From an uncultured Planctomycetaceae bacterium (GTDB taxonomy: Bacteria > Planctomycetota > Planctomycetia > Planctomycetales > Planctomycetaceae), in contig CAWFGE010000012.1 of the NCBI GenBank assembly GCA_963815195.1, positions 864,001-928,000 on the forward strand: DNA of 64,000 bases, written 5' to 3'. The translations under genes were made by a program, and so were the position numbers. This document shows positions 12,262 through 21,802 of the stretch, one piece after another (within the stretch, counting starts at the first letter, position 1; every line of letters starts with the position of its first letter). The notes beneath the pieces are model-generated. The model was given only the letters and a program-made list of their open reading frames with translations, had not been told where the DNA came from and searched no databases.

Positions 12262-12636
12262 TTACTTGTGCACCTTATGGCAAGCCATGCAATTGGCGGC
12301 TTTCATGAGGAGCGCGCTGGCGTTGTCTTTGCCATCCACGGCGGCTTGGGCGCCGGTGACCAGAGCGGTCGTCTTGGTCTTCCAGCTTTTCTCGTCCCCT
12401 TTCTTGGGCTTATTGGCGGCCAGGGCTTTGAAATTCTTCAAAAGCTCGGCCTTTTCTTCGTCGCTGGCTTTTCCTTCCGCCACTTTCTTGCACAATCCGC
12501 CCTTCATGCACTTCTGCATGACCTGCTTGATTGTAATCTTTTCGGCTTTTTCGCCTTCCTCGGCTTTGGTACTCGCGGCAAAAACTCCGCCCGCCGCAAT
12601 TCCCACGGCACACAAGGCAATTAGCAGTCTCGTCAC
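12262..12636 (-). CDS. Small secreted monoheme c-type cytochrome (C-terminal CxxCH, cytochrome c'-like)
   Basis: Signal peptide, Lys-rich helical body, CMACHKVHK; RBS GAGGAG. Confidence 0.8.
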   Translation of the reverse strand: MTRLLIALCAVGIAAGGVFAASTKAEEGEKAEKITIKQVMQKCMKGGLCKKVAEGKASDEEKAELLKNFKALAANKPKKGDEKSWKTKTTALVTGAQAAVDGKDNASALLMKAANCMACHKVHK

Positions 12637-12904
12637 GTTGGACTCTCCTCAAAAAGAAACGGGAACACAGACACAGTCCGACAAACAACCCAAAATCCTA
12701 CCCGGAAAATAGGCAAGATGCCAGCGACTTATCAAAATCTTCCGATGAAAGTTTTCTGAACGGTTTGACGGTTTTTCGTGAAAATCCCCTGTTGCCGAAC
12801 CGTACACGTTTGCGGATCGGGGGCAACAAACGTATAAAGGTTTTTCATTTCTCTCCCACAATCTTCCGTCATTTTCAAACAACGATTCGATCGAGGACCG
12901 CGCG

Positions 12905-13816
12905 ATGGCGACGAAGTCGAAAACCCCCGCGGAGACGGAATCGGCCCTGGCTTGGATCCCCGCCGACAAGGATTACCAGATCGCTTTGGAGGATGGGAAA
13001 CTCGTTTGCCAGAATCCCAAGGGCAAACGGTTGGCGTCGGTTCCGAAGTGGCTCAAAGACGGCGAAGCGGCCGGGCAGTTGATCGCTCTCAAGGATTGGC
13101 TGGCTCAGCACGAATCCGAATGCCGGGACACGCTGGAGTTGTGGATGCTTCGCTCGCTGCCGATTCCTCATAAGGTGTTGGTTTCGATCTGGCCGGACCC
13201 GGCGTGGGCGGGGCTTCTCACGAATCTCGTGGTGTGTGCGGTGAAGGGCAGCGACCTCGACCAGGAAGAAGCCGGTTTCCTTCGCGATGTGGATGCCAAG
13301 AAAGGCGTGGGCATCGTGGATTTGGACGGCGAGACCCAGTGGATCAAAAGCGAATCGGTCGCGCTGCCTCATCCGATTCTCCTGGAAGAGCTTGGCGACT
13401 TTCGGGAACTCTCGGTGGAACTCGGATTCGAGCAGGCCCTCGATCAGCTCTTCCGGCAGACCTTTCAACCCGATGAGGAAACGCTCGAGAAATCTTCGAT
13501 TCACGAATTCTCCGGCGGGAAGTTTGAAATGCTCAGCCACGTGATGGGACTTTGCCGGCGGCTGGGCTACCGCGTGCGGGGCGGGAGCGCCACGTGCCCC
13601 GTGTGGGAAAGCGGCCGCTTGATCGAAGCCCGCTACTGGGTCGGAGCCGATTCGCCGGAATACGAATCCTACACAGGCGACCTGATCTTCACCGACGATC
13701 GCGAACGCGGCGTGCCGCTCCGCGATGTGGGACCGGTCGCGTTCTCCGAAGGCATGCGGATGGCCTCGGCGATCTATGCGAAGCGCGTCGTCAAGGAAGA
13801 CGACGACGAGGATTGA
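12905..13816 (+). CDS. DUF4132-like protein
   Basis: LPHPILL...Q...QLFRQ and V.PVAFSE.MR motifs. Confidence 0.7.
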   Translation: MATKSKTPAETESALAWIPADKDYQIALEDGKLVCQNPKGKRLASVPKWLKDGEAAGQLIALKDWLAQHESECRDTLELWMLRSLPIPHKVLVSIWPDPAWAGLLTNLVVCAVKGSDLDQEEAGFLRDVDAKKGVGIVDLDGETQWIKSESVALPHPILLEELGDFRELSVELGFEQALDQLFRQTFQPDEETLEKSSIHEFSGGKFEMLSHVMGLCRRLGYRVRGGSATCPVWESGRLIEARYWVGADSPEYESYTGDLIFTDDRERGVPLRDVGPVAFSEGMRMASAIYAKRVVKEDDDED

Positions 13817-13992
13817 GATCGGCCGTTGCGATCGATCTAAGTAAAGCATCGCGCGGGACCCGCTTCATCGCTCCAAGCTGCGCAGCTTTCGGTTTTTGGC
13901 CGAGCCTTGAGTTTTGTTCGAGGCGGGCCGATGTCGAAGAAGGCGGGAATTCTTCCGTCTTTTTGCGTTCCCCTCTTCACCTGGCGGATGGT

Positions 13993-15540
13993 ATGAGTCA
14001 GACGGTTTTGCCGGCGATGCCGACGGAGACTTGGATCAAAGGCATCTGCCGGCGGTTTTCCCAAGCCACGGGCTGGCCGCTCCGCTACGAGTCCTCCAAG
14101 GCAAGTGTTCCGCGATTTGGATCGGCTCCGGGGGCCGCCCCGCTTTGGCAAACGGAACTTTCCAGCGACAACGGTCTTGCCGGGCGGTTGATTCTCGATC
14201 GGCCCGACGATTCGCTGATCGAGCGCGAGTTTCCCCAAATCCGCGAGTTGTCGATCTTGGTCGCCGAGCTGGTCTCGCAGGCGGAGTTGGCCCAATCGCA
14301 GCTCGAGTGCCGATCTCAGGAGTTGGCGACGTTGGTGGACATCGGCCGGGCGATCCCCAGCGATGACGATTTGACCTCCGCGCTCAGACGGCTGGTCATG
14401 GCGGGCGTGCAATTGACGGAATTTCGCTCGGCGGCGTTTTTTCTATTGGAACCGTCCGGGGAATGCGTGCGGCTGCGGGCCGAGTCCCATCAAGAGTTTC
14501 GCACGGTCCCGTTCCCCAACCGCGATTTGGACATGGACCCCCCGGACTTCCAAGCCCTCAAAACCGGCCGGGTGCAGATCGCGGCGGACGCTTCGCCTTT
14601 GGATGCATTGTGGCTCCCGCGGGGCACGGCGACGGGGGTGGCGCTCGGCGTGCTTCTGGAAGATGAGCCCTTGGGCACGCTTTGGGCCTATGACCGCCGA
14701 CATCGCGAGCCTGACGTGCGGGAATGGCACGTGTTGGAATCCATCGGTGCCCAGATCGCCGCCGTGTTCGAGCGGACGGTCCTTCAATACGAATCCACCA
14801 CCGAGCACCGCCTGCGGCACGACGTGCGCGTCGCTTCGGAAAACCAGGCCCAAGGCCTGTTTCAAAACCTGCCGGCCGACGTCGGGTTTGAATCCGCCGG
14901 CTTCTGCACGAGCCGATTCGAATTGGGCGGCGACTTGTGCGAGGCGATTCCTTTGGACAAACACCGCACGGTGATCCTTCTAGGCGACGCCTGCGGGGAC
15001 AGCGTGCCGGCGGCCTTGGTGATGTCGGCGGTTCGCGGGGCGGTGCATTCGCTGGTCGGTCCCGGCGAGCCGCAAGTGCTCCAAACCGGCCTGATGATGG
15101 AGAAACTCAACCGCGCGCTCCACGCCGTGACGCCCCCGCATCAATTCATGAGCCTGATTTATCTCGTCCTCGATATGCAGAAACGGACGTTGACTTACAC
15201 CAACGCCGGACATCCCGCCCCCATCCAGCTTCAGGACGGCGAAGTCCGCGAACTGGAATCCCACGGAGTGCTGGCGGGAGTCATCAGTAGCGCGACGTAT
15301 GGAAGCTCCACCTGCCCCATTCGTTCGGGCGATCTGTTGATTCTATTCAGCGACGGCATCACCGAAGCCATGAGCGACCGCTGCACGATGTTCCGCTCGC
15401 GCGGCATCATCGACACCGTGAAAGATATCGGCCATCAGTCCGCCCGAGAAGTGCTGGGCGCCATCAGCGACCGCCTCGCCGCCCACACCGGCGGAGCCGC
15501 CGGCGACGACCGCACCCTGGCCGTGATTCGGTTTCGCTAA
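13993..15540 (+). CDS. GAF + SpoIIE/PP2C phosphatase (RsbU-like)
   Basis: LGGDL, LGDACG...PAALVM, YTNAGHP, FSDGITEA, GDDRTL. Confidence 0.88.
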   Translation: MSQTVLPAMPTETWIKGICRRFSQATGWPLRYESSKASVPRFGSAPGAAPLWQTELSSDNGLAGRLILDRPDDSLIEREFPQIRELSILVAELVSQAELAQSQLECRSQELATLVDIGRAIPSDDDLTSALRRLVMAGVQLTEFRSAAFFLLEPSGECVRLRAESHQEFRTVPFPNRDLDMDPPDFQALKTGRVQIAADASPLDALWLPRGTATGVALGVLLEDEPLGTLWAYDRRHREPDVREWHVLESIGAQIAAVFERTVLQYESTTEHRLRHDVRVASENQAQGLFQNLPADVGFESAGFCTSRFELGGDLCEAIPLDKHRTVILLGDACGDSVPAALVMSAVRGAVHSLVGPGEPQVLQTGLMMEKLNRALHAVTPPHQFMSLIYLVLDMQKRTLTYTNAGHPAPIQLQDGEVRELESHGVLAGVISSATYGSSTCPIRSGDLLILFSDGITEAMSDRCTMFRSRGIIDTVKDIGHQSAREVLGAISDRLAAHTGGAAGDDRTLAVIRFR

Positions 15541-16892
15541 GGTTTGAGTCCCTTCGCCCAGGTCTCATGGGCCGCTTTCAGCCGGCCGACCACGTCGGGA
15601 TGCTCCGCGGCGATGTTGTGCATCTCGCTCACGTCGTCTTTCAGGTTCGATAAGAACAACTCATCGGCCTTGGTGATCGGGGCTTTGTGGCTCGTGTCGC
15701 GGGGGTTGCCGATGAGTTTCCAATCGCCCTCGCGGACGGCCCATTGATTGCCCAACTGCCAGAAGAACTGCGGATGCGGAGTTTCCGCTTGATCGGATTG
15801 GATGACCGAAACCAGGCTCCGGCCGTCGAGTTCCCGCTTCGGGAGGTCGGTGCCGCAAAGCTCGGCGATCGTGGGAAACCAATCGCAGCCGGTGCCCAAC
15901 TGCCCGCGGACTTCGTTTTCCGGAACGTGCCCGGGCCAGGAGATCATGGCGGGCACCCGGATGCCGCCCTCGAACAGGCTGAACTTCGCCCCGCGATAAG
16001 GCCCGGCATTCCCGCCGCCGCCGAAGGTGCGTTCCTCCGTGGAATGCCCGTGGTCGGATTGGAAGATCACGATCGTGTTTTCGCGGAGGCCGAACCGGTC
16101 CAGCGTCTTCAGCACCTCGCCGACTTTTTCATCGAGGGTGGAGACGAACGCGGCGTATTGCCGCCGGGGCTCCGGCAGCGATTCGTACCGCTTCCGCCAG
16201 GCGAGGGTGCCTTGGAGCGGATAATGCGGCACGTTAATCGCCCAATAAAGGAAGAACGGTTTTTCGCGGTTCGCTTCGAGGAAGCGGTTGCATTCTTGGA
16301 CCATCAGGTCTGGGAAGAACTCGCCGTCTTTCCAAACTTCCGTGCCGTTTTGCCAAAGGTCATGCCGATTGGGGCCGTTCCAATAGAAAAAGTGCGAATA
16401 GTTGTCGATGCACCCGCCCATGTGCCCGAAGGACTGATCGAAACCCTGGCCGTCCGGCATCGTCTCTTCGGTATAGCCCAGATGCCATTTGCCGACGTGC
16501 CCCGTGGCGTAGCCGGCGGATTTCATCATCTCGGCGATGGTGACCTGCTCCGCGGGCATGCCGGCGTGACCGTGGGCGGACGAGACGTTTCCCGGCACGC
16601 CCGCCCGTTGCGGCACGCGGCCGGTCATCAGGCCGGCCCGTGACGGCGAGCACACGGGAGCCGCGGCGTAAAACTGCGTGAACCGCACCCCGCGCTTGGC
16701 GAGAGCATCCAAATTCGGCGTGACGAGGTCCTTCGCCCCGTAGCAATTCACATCGATCGAGCCCTGGTCGTCGGAAAAGATCAACAGCACATTCGGCCGC
16801 GCCGCCTCCGCGCTCAGGGCGGGAGTGAATGCCACGGTGCAGAGGATCAATCCCAGCCCAAGGGGTTTTGTCAGGTTCATGCGTCTTCCCAT
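15537..16892 (-). CDS. Sulfatase
   Basis: PNVLLIFSDDQG, CSPSRAGLMTGR, GKWHLG, SDHG, FEGGIRVP. Confidence 0.92.
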   Translation of the reverse strand: MGRRMNLTKPLGLGLILCTVAFTPALSAEAARPNVLLIFSDDQGSIDVNCYGAKDLVTPNLDALAKRGVRFTQFYAAAPVCSPSRAGLMTGRVPQRAGVPGNVSSAHGHAGMPAEQVTIAEMMKSAGYATGHVGKWHLGYTEETMPDGQGFDQSFGHMGGCIDNYSHFFYWNGPNRHDLWQNGTEVWKDGEFFPDLMVQECNRFLEANREKPFFLYWAINVPHYPLQGTLAWRKRYESLPEPRRQYAAFVSTLDEKVGEVLKTLDRFGLRENTIVIFQSDHGHSTEERTFGGGGNAGPYRGAKFSLFEGGIRVPAMISWPGHVPENEVRGQLGTGCDWFPTIAELCGTDLPKRELDGRSLVSVIQSDQAETPHPQFFWQLGNQWAVREGDWKLIGNPRDTSHKAPITKADELFLSNLKDDVSEMHNIAAEHPDVVGRLKAAHETWAKGLKP

Positions 16893-17194
16893 GTTGCTGA
16901 ATCCAGTCGAAGATCAAACCAGCCGGACTTTAGTATGCCCCGAAGGCGAGGCGGTTGCAATTCGCCAAACAAGTCCGCGGATAGCGGCGTGTTGCGGTTT
17001 GGCAACAACCGTGTTCGTTCGGGAACACAGCAGCCACGCTTTGAAATCCGGGAAAGCCCTGCGGAGAAGCGGAGACGGCCGGGCGAACGGAGGTTGTTGA
17101 AGAAATCTGAAACGCGGTATTTCATTTGCGAGTCCAGCCCGCCACGAAGTTCTTTCAGCATGTTTGGCCCTTGGCTGCGCACTGGAGAGGCATT

Positions 17195-18057
17195 TTGAAC
17201 GTCAGGCAATTGGCGGAGTTGGCGGGTCTCGTGTCCGTTCACGCCCTGCAAATCGTGGAATCCCCCGTCGAGATTCCCCGCGAAGACTTGGACAATCTAT
17301 GGGCCGTTGCCCAGCGGCGGTCGGAGGCATGGGCCTGCCGCATCAATGCGCTTTCGAAATGGATCCTGCTATTGGCCTCCCCTTTGCGGCGAAGCGGCCG
17401 ATGCCCGGCGTCCACTCATCGAGGAGATTCTCGTCTCCGAGATTCTCACGCGAATCGTGGCGGGCGTGTTGACGGCGAAAGGCCATCAGCAGGAAGAGAG
17501 CGACGCCGCGCGAACCGCGCTCGAGTTGTTCAACGAACATCAAGAAGCCCGGCAGTTGGCGGCTCCTTTACCTGTTGGACATGGCCGATGCCGAGATTCC
17601 CGCGGTCCGCGAATTGGATCGCCTCAGACGATTGGCGGAGCGTTGGACGGATATTCTGCTCGGTCCGTTGGCGTGCGGGTTTGCCCTGAGGAATCTGGTG
17701 TTCGATCCGGCCCGGTCGCGGGAATACGGCCAGTCGATGCTCCCCTACTTGTGCACGCCCGCCGGCAGCAGCCTGTTTGCGGCGGGGCTGACGGCGGCCT
17801 TTCCGGAAACGGTCCTCGGCGTACCGTTGCATGCGGGGCTCCATCAAGACATGGCGGCGGCGGTGCTTCGGCTGTTTCCGCGCGAGGTTTTCGAGTCCGA
17901 CGGCAGCCTGCGGCCCGTCCGCACGGTCCGCATCGGCCGTGATTCGAGACCACGCGACGCCCGGCCCGAGCAACCGGGCCCGTCCAGACCCTCGGTGCAA
18001 GTTCCTCCCATCCATCTCTCCTTCAGCGACCTGAGACGCCGGCTGCAAAATCCTTAA
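17195..18057 (+). CDS. Hypothetical protein broken by about two frameshifts
   Basis: Protein-like segments in three overlapping ORFs (LNVRQLAELAG.., PLIEEILVSEILTR.., ELDRLRRLAERWTDILLG..). Confidence 0.55.
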
Positions 18058-18285
18058 TTTCGAATCCCACCGCAAAACCGGAGGCCTTTCACTCGCCGGA
18101 ATCCTCCGAACCGGCACGAGCGGACTTGCGAGAATTTCCAGAGCGAAATCCAGAATCATTTGTCAATTTGGGCGGTTTCAGTAAACTCTAGGGACAAGGC
18201 TTGCTACAGACCGCCCGGACTGCATACCATCTGATTGAGGAAAGACGCCGAAATCCGCTCACGTTTCAACAGAGGAACTCCACCA

Positions 18286-18890
18286 TGAAGAAATCACTTT
18301 GGGGACTGGCCGCCTGGTTGCTGGTTGTCTCGTCTCTTTCCCTCCAAGCCGGCGAGAAGTTGTATCGGATTAAGCTGGCCTCATCGAAGGACGGCGTTTA
18401 CGGAAGGCCCGTGACCTATCAAGAGGTCCTGCCCGCGCCGGCCCCGCTCGAAGCTCCCGGAACCGTGCAAGTCCCGCCTGTCCCGCCGCCGGCGGATCCC
18501 CCGCGCGGAATCCAACCCGTTCCGGAATATGTGCCGGCGCCGGCTCCTCCCAGTGCGCTTCAACCCATGCCGGAATACGTCCCGCAGCGACCGGTCGAAA
18601 CCTATCAGACGGTCGAGCTTTATCCGTACGTCAAATACGAAGACTTGGACAACGTGCACCCCTTCGCGATGAAAAAAATCGTGGCGGTCAAAGACCCGCG
18701 GGCCCCCAAGCCGCTCTGCGGCACCTGCGCTCCGCCGAGCGTGTTCATTATGATCTGCGTCCCGCCCACCGGCCGGTTTGAGTTCGACGTCAAGCGGAAA
18801 GACTACAGCAAAGTCGAATACGACTACGGCAAATACGAAATCGAAATCACGTCCAAGAACGGCATCGTGTATGTCGACTACGATGATTAA
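18286..18890 (+). CDS. Secreted Pro-rich hypothetical protein
   Basis: RBS GAGGA, signal peptide MKKSLWG.., C-terminal YDYGKYEIEITS...VDYDD. Confidence 0.7.
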
Positions 18891-19050
18891 GTAAAGAAAT
18901 GAGGGCTCGGCGAATCGGGGGGTGGACGCGGATGATCTTTTTGTGTGACGATCACTGATGGATTTCACCTCGCCTTCGGGGAGGTGCAAGAGCTCGCACA
19001 AGATATTCTTTCACACCGTCGTCGTTGCCCCCTGATTATCCAGACAAACC

Positions 19051-19084
19051 AAAAAGAGCACCCGGCAACGGTTGCTCTTTTTTT
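19051..19084 (+). terminator. Intrinsic terminator
   Basis: AAAAAGAGCA..TGCTCTTTTTTT stem with T-tail. Confidence 0.6.
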
Positions 19085-19172
19085 GTTGCGCCGTGACGCA
19101 AAAACCTACTCGCCCGTGCGGGAATCTGACATAATGGGGCCGGCACTTTCATTATCTTTGGGAGGTTGACCG

Positions 19173-20414
19173 ATGCGATACGCTCCGCGACGACTGCTGG
19201 CCCTCGTCCTCTGCCTCGTGTTCGCAGCCGGCGTGAGCCCGGCTTTCGGAGCAGGCAAAATCATTCCCAGCGGTCCCGGAAAAACCGTCGCCCGCTGCGG
19301 GAAAGGCTGGTTGGAGACGATCAACAACTACAAGGTGCTGCATCTCAGAGGCACGCCTTACGAGATGGGCTATCAGCACGGGGCGCTTCTCAAGGACTCC
19401 GTTAAACAGAACCTGGAGTACATGATCAATGTCCGCGGCGACAAGCCGCTCGCCACCGTGGCGGGCGTAGACGTCAAACCGGCCGTGCTCATCCGCAGCA
19501 TCATCGCCATCCAGAAGCCCTATGTTCCCAAGATATATTTCGAGGAACTCGAGGGCCTCTCCGACGCCTCCGGGCTGGATTTGGATTTGGTGCGGGTGGG
19601 GAATTTCATTCCCGAGCTGTTCCATTGCAGCGGGTTTGCGGTGATGAACTCCGCCACGAAGGACGGCACGCTGTATCACGGCCGGGTCCTGGATTATGCG
19701 ATCGATTGGAAACTCCAGGAACACGCCGTGGTCATCGTCGCGGAACCCGACGGCGGGATTCCGTTCGTCAACGTGACCTACGCCGGCTTCATCGGTTCGG
19801 TCACCGGCATGAACGCCCGGCAGGTGTCCATCGGCGAGATGGGCGGCGGGGGACAAGGGCATTGGGGCGGCGTGCCAATGTCGTTTCTGGTGCGGGAAGT
19901 GCTCTCCTCCGCGAAGACGCTGGACGAAGCGATCGCGGTCTTCAAAGACAACCCCCGCACCTGCCAGTATTTCTACGTCGTCGCCGACGCCAAGACCAAC
20001 CGGGCCGTGGGCATGGAAGCCTCGTGGGACAAGGTGCAGATCGTCGAGCCGGGCACCGCCCATCCGCTGCTCCCAAAACCCGTGAAAGACTGCGCTCTGT
20101 TGTCCGCCGGCAGCCGGTACGAGGAACTCGTCAAGCGGGCCGAATCGGAACACGGCCGGCTCGATGTGCAGTCCGCGCTTGAACTGATGGACCGCCCCGT
20201 CGCGATGAAATCCAACCTGCACAACGTGCTGTTCGAGCCGAAGACAACACGGTTCTGGGTCGCGAACGCCAGCCCGGACAAACAGCCCGCCGCGTCGCAG
20301 CCGTATTATCAGTTCCAACTCACGGACCTCTTAAGCCGCCGTCCCGCGGAGGATTCGCCCGTCCTCCCGCCGCCGAAACCCCAAGCCCCCGCGACCACCG
20401 CACGCAACGAGTAG
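19173..20414 (+). CDS. C45-family Ntn-hydrolase (acyl-CoA:6-APA acyltransferase-like)
   Basis: LHLRGTPYEMGYQHG, autoprocessing site H|CSGF, GRVLDY, GMN. Confidence 0.82.
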   Translation: MRYAPRRLLALVLCLVFAAGVSPAFGAGKIIPSGPGKTVARCGKGWLETINNYKVLHLRGTPYEMGYQHGALLKDSVKQNLEYMINVRGDKPLATVAGVDVKPAVLIRSIIAIQKPYVPKIYFEELEGLSDASGLDLDLVRVGNFIPELFHCSGFAVMNSATKDGTLYHGRVLDYAIDWKLQEHAVVIVAEPDGGIPFVNVTYAGFIGSVTGMNARQVSIGEMGGGGQGHWGGVPMSFLVREVLSSAKTLDEAIAVFKDNPRTCQYFYVVADAKTNRAVGMEASWDKVQIVEPGTAHPLLPKPVKDCALLSAGSRYEELVKRAESEHGRLDVQSALELMDRPVAMKSNLHNVLFEPKTTRFWVANASPDKQPAASQPYYQFQLTDLLSRRPAEDSPVLPPPKPQAPATTARNE

Positions 20415-20432
20415 CCCGTTCCGCGAAAGACA

Positions 20433-20708
20433 TCAGCGGAGCGGTTCGTCCCAGCGGCTGGCGTCTTGAAAGAAGATGTCCAAGTGCTTGGCGTTCAAGC
20501 GGAACTGCCGGATGGATGCGAGAATCTCGCCCGCAAGGCCGGCTTGGGATTCGGCTGCTTCCGGACCCACGGCTTTCGCCCACCGCTCGTCCACGCGGTG
20601 GCAAAAACACAACCGGCTGCCGTCGCCGAGTCGGAGCACGGCTTCGGTGAAATCATCGTTCACCTGGGCCGACGAAACGGCGTCTTTCAATTGCTCGGCC
20701 CAGGTCAT
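20433..20708 (-). CDS. Small hypothetical protein
   Basis: ATG overlaps the upstream stop (ATGA), MTWAEQL... Confidence 0.6.
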   Translation of the reverse strand: MTWAEQLKDAVSSAQVNDDFTEAVLRLGDGSRLCFCHRVDERWAKAVGPEAAESQAGLAGEILASIRQFRLNAKHLDIFFQDASRWDEPLR

Positions 20709-21802
20709 GGAAGCTCGCCCGTATGCAGGTAGGTTCGCAGATCCATTTTGCTCAGTCCGGCGATGCCCAAATGCTCCGGCGTGCGTGCGGAGTTCCAAAA
20801 CGGAATGCCAAGCATCGCGGAGTTGAGTTCAATGAGCGAACGCATGACCGGGCAGGCGACGCCGAACTGTTCGCCCAACAATGTCCACGCCGCCAGTCCG
20901 TAGGGCACATCTTCCGTGAGCCAGCGGGTGTCGAGTTTTCCGGGGGCTTTGAGCTGCGTGAGCATTCGGCTGCCGTTGATCGCCGCCCACAAATCGCCCT
21001 GGGGTCCAAACCCCGCCGCATGAAACGCCACATCGACCGCGGGCAGGGTTTGATTAAACGCCTTTGCAATCGCCAGCCGCTCGCGGTCCACCGCATAGAT
21101 CAGCTTGCAAACCCCCGGCGTGACGCCTTCCTCATAGAAATAAAAGTCGCCGCGCGAGTATTCGATCCGCCCGGCATTTAATAAGACTCCCGCCGGGTGC
21201 ACGACGGGATTCATCGCCGCCAACCCGCAGGCGAGGACGTCTTGATAGCTCTTAAGGCCCGGAAACCAGTACTCCAACAGCCGCTGCACCCGCTCCGTTT
21301 GGGTCGCGGGAAACACGCCCAAGCCCAACCCGTTCACAATGCCCCAAATGTGGGCCGAGGTGGGCGAGAGCTTTCGGCAGACATAGGGAGCGGTATCGAC
21401 TTCCGCGATCGTCACGTCCTTGGGGGCACCGGCTTCGCGGACGATGCGGGTGAACTCCAGACTCCCCAACGTGCCGGGCATCAACACCACCGTCTGCCCG
21501 GATCGCAAATGCGGCGCGCACGCCTCGGCGAACGCGCGATGTCCATAGGCCGGGATAATCAACAAGGCGAGATCGGTGCTTGCGAGCGCCTCGGCGAAGT
21601 CCATCGTGACCTTGGCGAGCTTCGCGGTGCCCGTGTTCGCAACGCCGGTGAGTTCGATTTCGCGAGCCTCGCGGATGGGTCGGGTCATGTGCTCGAAGCC
21701 GGCGATCTCGCAGAGTGTCACCTCCGCCCCGGCGAGTTGCAGATTCGCCGCGACCGCAAAGGCCGTATTTCCGCCGCCCAGCACCGTGAGAGATTTCACC
21801 AT
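20705..21802 (-). CDS. NAD(P)-dependent opine (octopine/nopaline) dehydrogenase family
   Basis: VLGGGN Rossmann motif, NPVVHP, FYFYEEG, RWLTEDVPYGL. Confidence 0.88.
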   Translation of the reverse strand: MVKSLTVLGGGNTAFAVAANLQLAGAEVTLCEIAGFEHMTRPIREAREIELTGVANTGTAKLAKVTMDFAEALASTDLALLIIPAYGHRAFAEACAPHLRSGQTVVLMPGTLGSLEFTRIVREAGAPKDVTIAEVDTAPYVCRKLSPTSAHIWGIVNGLGLGVFPATQTERVQRLLEYWFPGLKSYQDVLACGLAAMNPVVHPAGVLLNAGRIEYSRGDFYFYEEGVTPGVCKLIYAVDRERLAIAKAFNQTLPAVDVAFHAAGFGPQGDLWAAINGSRMLTQLKAPGKLDTRWLTEDVPYGLAAWTLLGEQFGVACPVMRSLIELNSAMLGIPFWNSARTPEHLGIAGLSKMDLRTYLHTGELP